The notes beneath the pieces were generated by a model. The model did not search any database. It saw nothing but the letters and a program-made list of their open reading frames with translations, and had not been told where the DNA came from. From sequence record SRR22947727_3624: a stretch of DNA of 33,139 bases; one strand, given 5' to 3'. Both the position numbers and the translations under genes were made by a program. This document shows positions 26,346 through 33,139 of this stretch, piece by piece; the first letter of the stretch is position 1; each line of letters begins with the position of its first letter.

Positions 26346-28622
26346 ATGTCGTTTCACCAACCACTTTGGCTTTTGCTTTTGATCCCGTTGCCGTTCCTGG
26401 CGTTCCTTCGGGTGTGGTCGCACGTCTCGGCAGGAAAAGGCGGAAAAACGCTGGTTTCCCCTCGCCTGAGAAATGAACTAATCGTCGGTGCCTCGCAAGG
26501 ACTTCGCTGGGCCGTATTCTCTTTGAATCTCATTGCACTGGGATTTTTGATGATCGCAATGGCTCGACCGCAATGGGGCTTTAAAGAAGCGGATACCATT
26601 TCAGAAGGACGAAATCTGATCGTGGCGATCGATACCTCGCGCTCGATGCTGGCGACAGACCTGCAGCCCGATCGAATGACCCGAGCAAAACTTGCCGCGC
26701 AGGATATCATCGAATCATTGCCCGAGGATCGAATCGGATTGATCGCATTTGCTGGAAAAGCATTTCTGCAGGCACCTCTGACGGTCGATCACGATGCAGT
26801 TCTGGAATCGATCGCTCAGCTGGATTCTGAAATCATTCCCCGGGGAGGTACAAATATCGAAGCGCCGGTTCAACTGGCTTTGGATACGTTTGCCGAAGCG
26901 GAAAGCAAGGAAAGCGCGCTGATTATTTTCTCGGACGGAGAAGATCTCGAAGGCGAAGAAGAAATCGATAACTTAAAAGAAAAAGCACTCGAGCTCGGCA
27001 TGATCGTTGTCGCGATTGGAGTGGGCACCGAAAAGGGATCCATCATTCCCGAACCAGACGACAAAGGACGCCCCAGGCCTGGCGTTTTCATTCGCGATGA
27101 TGCCGGAGCGGTCGTGCGGACCCGATTGGATCCGGTGGCGCTTCAAAAAATAAGCGTCGATTCGGGAGCTGGCGTTTACGTGAATCTTGGTAGTGCCAGT
27201 TCGATCACTTCGCTGGTTGGAAATGCGATCGATTCCCTTTCGGCAACCCGGTTGGAAGACCAAGCGCGGCGCGTTCCGATCGAGCGATTCATGTGGCCGC
27301 TCAGCATTGCCATTTTTCTGTGGGTGATCGCATTTTTGTTACCTGCTTCGTCTCGTGCATTTGTCGAAAAGCGCGCCAAACGTTTCCAACTGGATTCCCC
27401 TCCGACTCTGGCGCCGCTGAAAGTGAAAGGGCGATCGATCACTGCGTGGATTGCAGCCGCATTGCTTCCGCTCACTTCTGGAATTGCTGACGATTCAAAA
27501 AAAGAAAGCGCCGGTTTTTCCGCTCTCAACAACGGCAATTACGAAGAAGCGATCTCAGCTTACGAAACAGAGATTCCCGCGGAAGAATCATCGCAGAAGC
27601 GGAGTTGGCTGAATATGGGGCTCGGGACGGCGGCGTATCTTGAAGGTGATTATGAAAAGGCACAGCTGAAATTCGGCAAGGTGTTGGCTGAAGCGGAAGA
27701 CGAATCGTTGGTCGAACAGGCTCATTTCAATATGGCGAACACCGGATTTCGAAAAGGTCAGATCACTATGGAATGGGATGAAAAATCGAAAGCAGCTGCC
27801 AGTTCTTCTGAAATGCCCATGCAGATTGCCGACGAAGCGACGCGTAATGAAGTGCGCACGCAGTGGGAGAGTGCGCGGGAACATTATGAAGCCGCGTTGG
27901 ATTTGAACCCCGACAACCGCAAGGCCCGTCGAAACACCGATCTTGTGAACGATTATTTGCAGTATCTCCAGCAAATCGAAGAGCAGGAGAAACAAAAAGA
28001 AGAGGAAGAGCAGAAAAAGGAGGAGGAAAAGGACGACGAAGAGAAAGAAGACGATCAGGAGAAGAAGGACGAGGAAAAAGACGAAAACGGGGAAGACGAA
28101 AAGGATCAGGACAAGGGAGATCAAGAACAGGAACAAGATCAAAATCAAGACCCGAACGAGGACGGAAAGCCCAAGGACCAGAACGAAGACGGCAAACCAG
28201 ATGATCAGAATCAGGATGGGAAACCGGACGACCCGAAAGAAGACGAATCTGAAGGTAAAGAAGAACCCGCCGATAAAAAACCCGGTGAAGACGAAAACGG
28301 AAACCCACAGGACCAGAAGCCCGAGGACGGAAATCAGGATCAGGGCGAAGAAAAACCACTTTCACCCGAGGAACAAGGAAAGGCCCCTGAAGGTCCCGAT
28401 CCCGACGGCGATCTGAAGGCGAAACCCGAACAAGCTGGAAAGCAAAAGCCACTGAGCCCTCAACAAATGCAGGAAGCTGCCGCACAGCAGGCAAAAAATC
28501 CGAATACGGGCTACTCACCAAGTGAAGCTCGCAAGCTACTTCGCGACCTTTCCGATGAAACGCTCGATGTGAAGCCGATTTACGAGGTTCCGACCAAAGC
28601 CGAGAAATTTCGGAATTGGTAA
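26346..28622 (+). CDS. vWA + TPR protein (BatB-BatC-like fusion) with acidic low-complexity linker
   Basis: FHQPLWLLLL, ARPQWG, MIDAS DTSRSM, FSDGED, TM, TPRs (NGNYEEAISAY, AHFNMANT, YEAALDLNPDN), a Q/E/D/K-rich tail and a terminal NW. Confidence 0.88.
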   Translation: MSFHQPLWLLLLIPLPFLAFLRVWSHVSAGKGGKTLVSPRLRNELIVGASQGLRWAVFSLNLIALGFLMIAMARPQWGFKEADTISEGRNLIVAIDTSRSMLATDLQPDRMTRAKLAAQDIIESLPEDRIGLIAFAGKAFLQAPLTVDHDAVLESIAQLDSEIIPRGGTNIEAPVQLALDTFAEAESKESALIIFSDGEDLEGEEEIDNLKEKALELGMIVVAIGVGTEKGSIIPEPDDKGRPRPGVFIRDDAGAVVRTRLDPVALQKISVDSGAGVYVNLGSASSITSLVGNAIDSLSATRLEDQARRVPIERFMWPLSIAIFLWVIAFLLPASSRAFVEKRAKRFQLDSPPTLAPLKVKGRSITAWIAAALLPLTSGIADDSKKESAGFSALNNGNYEEAISAYETEIPAEESSQKRSWLNMGLGTAAYLEGDYEKAQLKFGKVLAEAEDESLVEQAHFNMANTGFRKGQITMEWDEKSKAAASSSEMPMQIADEATRNEVRTQWESAREHYEAALDLNPDNRKARRNTDLVNDYLQYLQQIEEQEKQKEEEEQKKEEEKDDEEKEDDQEKKDEEKDENGEDEKDQDKGDQEQEQDQNQDPNEDGKPKDQNEDGKPDDQNQDGKPDDPKEDESEGKEEPADKKPGEDENGNPQDQKPEDGNQDQGEEKPLSPEEQGKAPEGPDPDGDLKAKPEQAGKQKPLSPQQMQEAAAQQAKNPNTGYSPSEARKLLRDLSDETLDVKPIYEVPTKAEKFRNW

Positions 28623-28707
28623 CCGCTTAGATTCAACTCCGTAAGGGATTCTCACTGGATTTGGAGCGATCTTCACCTAACCTACGACGTTGACCGCCTG
28701 CCTTTTC

Positions 28708-29235
28708 ATGCGAAACCTTTCCTCCGACGACATCTCGTATGCAATGGAAACGACCCGCGTTCTTTACGAACCGGATCGGCGAATCGACACGTTTGGCTCG
28801 ACTCAGTTTGAATTCTATCTCGTCACCGAATTGATGGATTCCGTCAACGAAGTCCGCGTTCGGGAGGGCCGGATTGAAGCAGAACGGCCCCGTATTCTCC
28901 GCCCAGAAGGCTACGACGAATTCACTTTCGAGGGATTCGGCGAACAAGCCGAGGCTTTCTCCGAGTGGTTTCGCGAAAATGAGGACATCGCCCTCGTGAA
29001 ATACGGTTTCAACTTTGCTCAACGGGAAGTGGTTGAATCCACCGTTCACGAACGACTTGAGCTCGTCTGTGACCGTGTAGTCGAAGAAATCAGGAAATCC
29101 GGAAATCCGGCAAGAGTCGTCATTCAAGGAGTTGACGACACGTGGGAAATCTCTTTATTAAAGTTTACAATCGAGATGATCAAAAAGTCTCAAAAAATTA
29201 ACGAATTCGATTTCAAGCGGCGTGGTCTGCTTTGA
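28708..29235 (+). CDS. Conserved hypothetical protein
   Basis: Coherent ORF (PDRRIDTFGSTQFEFYLVTELMD...GVDDTWEISLLKF) recalled as a Verrucomicrobia-type conserved protein. Co-oriented in the operon. Confidence 0.78.
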   Translation: MRNLSSDDISYAMETTRVLYEPDRRIDTFGSTQFEFYLVTELMDSVNEVRVREGRIEAERPRILRPEGYDEFTFEGFGEQAEAFSEWFRENEDIALVKYGFNFAQREVVESTVHERLELVCDRVVEEIRKSGNPARVVIQGVDDTWEISLLKFTIEMIKKSQKINEFDFKRRGLL

Positions 29236-29278
29236 TCAGTTTTGCTTTTCTCCCCCATTTTATACTGCTGATCGCCCC

Positions 29279-30136
29279 ATGGCTCGCATCAAACTCCTTC
29301 TGACTTTTTTTGGTCTGGTTATTCTCGCTTCAGGAGTCGCCGGGGCTGTCTTTTATTGGGACAAAATCGCCGCTCCTGATTTTGAAATGACCCAGGAGAT
29401 CGACGGCAAAAGCAAGTCAGGCAAAAAGCGGGAAATACCTGATCTGGGAAAGCGCCATTTCGACAAAGCGGTTGATCTATTGAAGGAAGGAAATCTCGAA
29501 GCAGCTAAAGAAACCTTCTATTACCTGCTCGAATATTACCCCGAGTCGAAAACCTATCCGGAAGCGCGCCGAATTCTGGGCGAAGTGAACATGGATTTGC
29601 TAATTTCGAAGACTCCAATCCCCGGAAAAACTGAATATGTCGTCCGCGGCGGCGATGCTCCTGCATCGATCGCCCGCCGCACCGAGACTACGATCGATTA
29701 TTTGATGCGAGCGAATGGTAAGACTCGCACGCTTATTTATAAGGATGAGCGGCTCTCCGTCTTTCCGCTCAATTTCGAGCTTGAGATCAAGATGGCAGAT
29801 AAAAAGATCATCATGACTCACGACGGGACGTTTTTTAAAGAATACGATATCCTCGGCACCAATCTGAATAGCGCAGTGAAACCTCCGATCAAGACGGAGA
29901 TTAAAGAAAAGGTAGCGTGGGATAACGGACGTCGGGTTCAAATCACCAGCAAAGACTACCTGAACTGTCAAAAATGGATCCGAACCGGCAAAATCGGGCT
30001 TTTCATTCGCCCTATAGAATTTTCTAAAAGCGTTGACGGTCAAGCAGCGCCTCCGGGAATTTTCGTTTCGAAACCTGATATCGAAGAGCTTTTTACCGTC
30101 GTGCGTGGTGGATCTGTTGTCCTAATGACTGAATAA
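29279..30136 (+). CDS. Membrane-anchored TPR-like + LysM protein with degenerate L,D-transpeptidase-like C-terminal domain
   Basis: N-terminal TM, helical repeat ..YYPESK.., LysM EYVVRGGDAPASIARRTETTIDYLMRANG, and C-terminal FFKEYDI...DIEELFTVVRGGSVV. Confidence 0.82.
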   Translation: MARIKLLLTFFGLVILASGVAGAVFYWDKIAAPDFEMTQEIDGKSKSGKKREIPDLGKRHFDKAVDLLKEGNLEAAKETFYYLLEYYPESKTYPEARRILGEVNMDLLISKTPIPGKTEYVVRGGDAPASIARRTETTIDYLMRANGKTRTLIYKDERLSVFPLNFELEIKMADKKIIMTHDGTFFKEYDILGTNLNSAVKPPIKTEIKEKVAWDNGRRVQITSKDYLNCQKWIRTGKIGLFIRPIEFSKSVDGQAAPPGIFVSKPDIEELFTVVRGGSVVLMTE

Positions 30137-30195
30137 TCGTTGAAAATTTAGCGATTTACCGCCAAAGAAACCGGAACCTTAGCCGTTTTTGTATT

Positions 30196-31155
30196 GTGAA
30201 AATTGAGCCCCTTGAATTCGAAAAGCCAATCGTTGATCTTGAAAATCAACTCGCCGAGATCCGTGACCGTTCCGTTGGTCATGAATTCGAGCTCGATACT
30301 GACATTCAAAAAATCGAAGCCAAACTCCGCAAGACCAAAACTTCCGTGTACCAGAAACTCACTCCCTGGCAGCGTATTCAGATTGCGCGCCATCCTCAGC
30401 GGCCGTTCATGCTCGATTATGTTGAAAAGTCGCTCGACGATTTCATCGAACTACACGGCGATCGCACGATTGGTGACGACGAAGCCATGCCGGGAGGTTT
30501 TGCCACTCTGGACGGCCAAAAGGTCGTTGTCGTAGGTCATCAGAAGGGCCGCGACACTAAGGAAAACCTTCGCCGCAACTTCGGTTCAGCCCACCCTGAA
30601 GGCTATCGCAAAGCGATACGCCTCATGCGGATGGGAGAAAAATTCGACGCTCCAATCATCGCCTTGATCGATACTCCCGGAGCTTATCCGGGAATTGGTG
30701 CTGAAGAGCGGAACATCGCCGAGGCGATCGCTTACAATCTGCGCGAGATGATGCTTTTGAAAGTCCCTATCATTGCCGTTGTCATTGGTGAAGGTGGATC
30801 TGGCGGCGCGCTGGGAATAGGAGTCGCAGACCGTGTCCTGATCATGGAAAACGCCTATTACTCCATCATCAGCCCTGAAGGTTGTGCCGCAATTTTGTGG
30901 AAAGACCGGAAATACGCGCCGGAAGCGGCCGAAGCACTGAAAATCACCGCCAACGATCTCAGTGAAATGGGAATCGTCGACGAAATTATCCCCGAACCTC
31001 TCGGCGGAGCCCATCACGACCACGTCGGTGCAGCTCTGAGCCTGAAAAATGTGGTTCGGAAGCATGTTTCCGAACTTCAGAAAATTCCAAACGATGAACT
31101 TCTCGAAGCACGCTATCAGAAATTCCGCAATCTCGGCGAGTTCAAAGGCGCGTAA
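30196..31155 (+). CDS. accA: Acetyl-CoA carboxylase carboxyltransferase subunit alpha
   Basis: Motifs LEFEKPI, ARHPQRP, ELHGDR, GHQKGRDTKE, PEGYRKA, IDTPGAYPG and GEGGSGGAL. Confidence 0.98.
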   Translation: MKIEPLEFEKPIVDLENQLAEIRDRSVGHEFELDTDIQKIEAKLRKTKTSVYQKLTPWQRIQIARHPQRPFMLDYVEKSLDDFIELHGDRTIGDDEAMPGGFATLDGQKVVVVGHQKGRDTKENLRRNFGSAHPEGYRKAIRLMRMGEKFDAPIIALIDTPGAYPGIGAEERNIAEAIAYNLREMMLLKVPIIAVVIGEGGSGGALGIGVADRVLIMENAYYSIISPEGCAAILWKDRKYAPEAAEALKITANDLSEMGIVDEIIPEPLGGAHHDHVGAALSLKNVVRKHVSELQKIPNDELLEARYQKFRNLGEFKGA

Positions 31156-31173
31156 CGAGTTTTGCAAATTTCA

Positions 31174-31278
31174 CGATCCAATAGGGTAAGTTCGTTGATT
31201 ATACCCTATTGGATCGAAAAGCCATTTCGATCGAACAGGGTCTGTTCGATGAATCAAGAGGGCTGGTTCGTGAGAACT
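31174..31278. repeat. Composite REP-like palindromic repeat cluster
   Basis: Perfect 15-bp inverted repeat cgatccaatagggta/taccctattggatcg (31174-31216), followed by additional arms. Colinear with positions 1-97. Confidence 0.8.
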
Positions 31279-31387
31279 TACCTTTTTCTGGTGTGAATTC
31301 TGAGCTGGATTGTCATTTCGAAAGCTCGGCTTGGTATCATCAAAACACGGTCTTGAACAAAAGACGGCTGTGGCTATGATCGCGGAT

Positions 31388-32308
31388 ATGTCGCTGCGAT
31401 CTGTCTTTTTCTGTGTTCTGCTTGTTGTCTCAAATCCGGTTTTTGCTCAAAACGAAAACGCGGAAAAGCCAAAGCCTAAAGAGTATCCATTGGGGGCGGA
31501 TTCGGCCCGAAAAGACGGCGTTCCCGCGGGCACAGTGACGAAACACATCTGGAAAAGCACGGTGTTTCCGCAAACGATTCGGGAATACACCGTTTATACG
31601 CCGGCGCAATACGATCCCAAGGGAACGGAAAAAGCGGCGGTGATGATTTTTCAGGACGGGCATGCTTATGTCAGAGAAACGGGGCAGTTTCGGACGACGC
31701 TGGTGATGGATAACTTGATCGCAGCGGGTGAAATGCCCGTCACAATCGGAATTTTCATCAATCCAGGCTGGTTTGCGGAAAAGTTGGATAAACCTCAGGG
31801 ATGGAAAGCGCCCAAAGGCGTGAGAAGCAATCGAAGTGTCGAATACGATTCGTTGTCAGCGGATTATGCGACGTTTTTGGAGAAAGAGATTCTCCCGGAG
31901 GTCGGCAAAACGGTTCGGCTGACAGATGATCCTGAAATGAGGGCAATTTGCGGAATTAGCTCGGGTGGTATTTGCGCTTTTACCGTTGCCTGGGAGCGTC
32001 CGGATCTTTTTCGCAAGGTCTTGAGTCATGTGGGTAGCTTCACCAATATCCGCGGAGGCCATGTCTACCCTGCCCTGATCCGGAAAACGGAACGAAAACC
32101 GCTGCGGGTCTTTTTGCAGGACGGCTCGAACGATTTGGATAACGCACATGGCAATTGGCCAATCGCGAATCAACAGATGGCAAAAGCCCTTGAATTCTCG
32201 AATTACGATTTCAAGTTCGTTTATGGCGAAGGCGGCCACAACGGGAATCACGGCGGTGCAATCTTGCCGGATTCGCTACGCTGGCTGTGGCGGAAAGACA
32301 GTAATTGA
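31388..32308 (+). CDS. Secreted esterase, enterochelin esterase (Fes)-like alpha/beta hydrolase
   Basis: Signal peptide, VPAGTV, IFQDGH, NRSVEYD, GISSGG nucleophile, VLSHVGSF and GEGGH. Start uncertain (the ORF opens at 31310). Confidence 0.88.
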   Translation: MSLRSVFFCVLLVVSNPVFAQNENAEKPKPKEYPLGADSARKDGVPAGTVTKHIWKSTVFPQTIREYTVYTPAQYDPKGTEKAAVMIFQDGHAYVRETGQFRTTLVMDNLIAAGEMPVTIGIFINPGWFAEKLDKPQGWKAPKGVRSNRSVEYDSLSADYATFLEKEILPEVGKTVRLTDDPEMRAICGISSGGICAFTVAWERPDLFRKVLSHVGSFTNIRGGHVYPALIRKTERKPLRVFLQDGSNDLDNAHGNWPIANQQMAKALEFSNYDFKFVYGEGGHNGNHGGAILPDSLRWLWRKDSN

Positions 32309-32524
32309 GCAATGACCCTGCAACGAGCCGGCCCCTTTCAACGGAAATTCAGGGGGACGAAAGGTAATCGTTAGGGGGAACGCATAAGCCATATGGCTTG
32401 AAACGCCATTGGTTCCCCTGAGTCTAAGCATCTCAATTGATGGCAAAGGAATCGAAGGTGCATCCCGGAAACTATTCACAGCCACTTGTGTTTTGCGTTT
32501 GAAAATTCGGCGCGTGCTAACCAA

Positions 32525-33031
32525 TCAAGGAGTCTCCGGCGAATGAGCGAACTCCTTCTTTGTCAGCGCCAGAAACACATATACGAGCAACGAGACGACT
32601 CCCCAGGTCAAACCAAGCACGACGCCAAAATCGATAATGCCGCGCCATGTGTCGTCTTTGATCAAGCGAACCAGCATCACGAGGAGGAAAATTCCAACGG
32701 TCAGGCAAATCGAAACAATCTTGGTTTTCTTATTCGAATGAAAATAGCCCATGCAAAAGGCCGGCGCTAACAGGGTTCGCAACCAGTTGGGGTGATCTCG
32801 CAAATAACGAACCCGCGCAGCCGTTCGCGGTGAAAACTTTTTCTGAAAGCCGCGGTAACCTTCTGCCACCGCCATAAAAAGCGCCCAGACCACCAATACT
32901 ACCCATTGAAAAGCCGTCAGACCTTCCTTAATCGCATTCACCGCGACCGGCGTGAGTCGATAGATCGCAAATCCCAGGAGCCACAATACCCCTGCCAATC
33001 CCCAAATCGGGGCAATAATTCGTTGTAGCAT
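32525..33031 (-). CDS. Hypothetical membrane protein
   Basis: Four TM segments plus AEGYRGFQKKFSPR and WRGIIDFGVVLGL. ATG 33031 is the likely start. Confidence 0.78.
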   Translation of the reverse strand: MLQRIIAPIWGLAGVLWLLGFAIYRLTPVAVNAIKEGLTAFQWVVLVVWALFMAVAEGYRGFQKKFSPRTAARVRYLRDHPNWLRTLLAPAFCMGYFHSNKKTKIVSICLTVGIFLLVMLVRLIKDDTWRGIIDFGVVLGLTWGVVSLLVYVFLALTKKEFAHSPETP

Positions 33032-33139
33032 AAGGCGGCCACACTCCGGCAAATCGTAAACACTTCCAAACCTTTTTTGTGTATCGCGAACAACCAGTGC
33101 GACAAGTTTGCTCGCCAGCGGTCTGAGGATTCTCGCGAA

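Noticed and set aside
31174-31278. CRISPR array or tRNA/ncRNA interpretation of the palindromic repeats
   Set aside because: There is no regular repeat-spacer periodicity, no cas genes and no cloverleaf. The copies are dispersed and degenerate.
32309-32524. Possible gene remnant or small ORF between convergent genes
   Set aside because: The short frames have stops and no recognisable homology, so a call cannot be supported.

Overview
Chromosomal window from a bacterium that is most likely a member of the Verrucomicrobiota. This is inferred from the gene families and their style, and from the Btub genes. The housekeeping backbone is intact: trmD, an argC-argJ-argB-argD-argF operon, lipA, accA, batA/batB-type vWA genes and several hydrolases. 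The main discovery is a bacterial tubulin locus at about 19.5-25.1 kb with a non-canonical layout. It runs: XRE-HTH regulator, then an intact but strongly diverged BtubA-like tubulin, then a frameshifted Hanks-type pseudokinase gene. That gene's last frame runs directly into the 3' three-quarters of a BtubB, which lacks its N-terminus and has 4 aa deleted from its GTP-binding signature. An intact BtubC/Bklc TPR gene follows. The simplest reading is an extended Btub system (regulator, extra divergent tubulin and pseudokinase) whose core is partly decaying. Two other accessory genes are pseudogenised: an APC-like membrane protein and a class III cyclase. A family of ~43-bp palindromic REP-like repeats occurs at six or more sites, including inside the tubulin locus. 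All homology calls come from motif recognition and recalled reference sequences; no database search was run.
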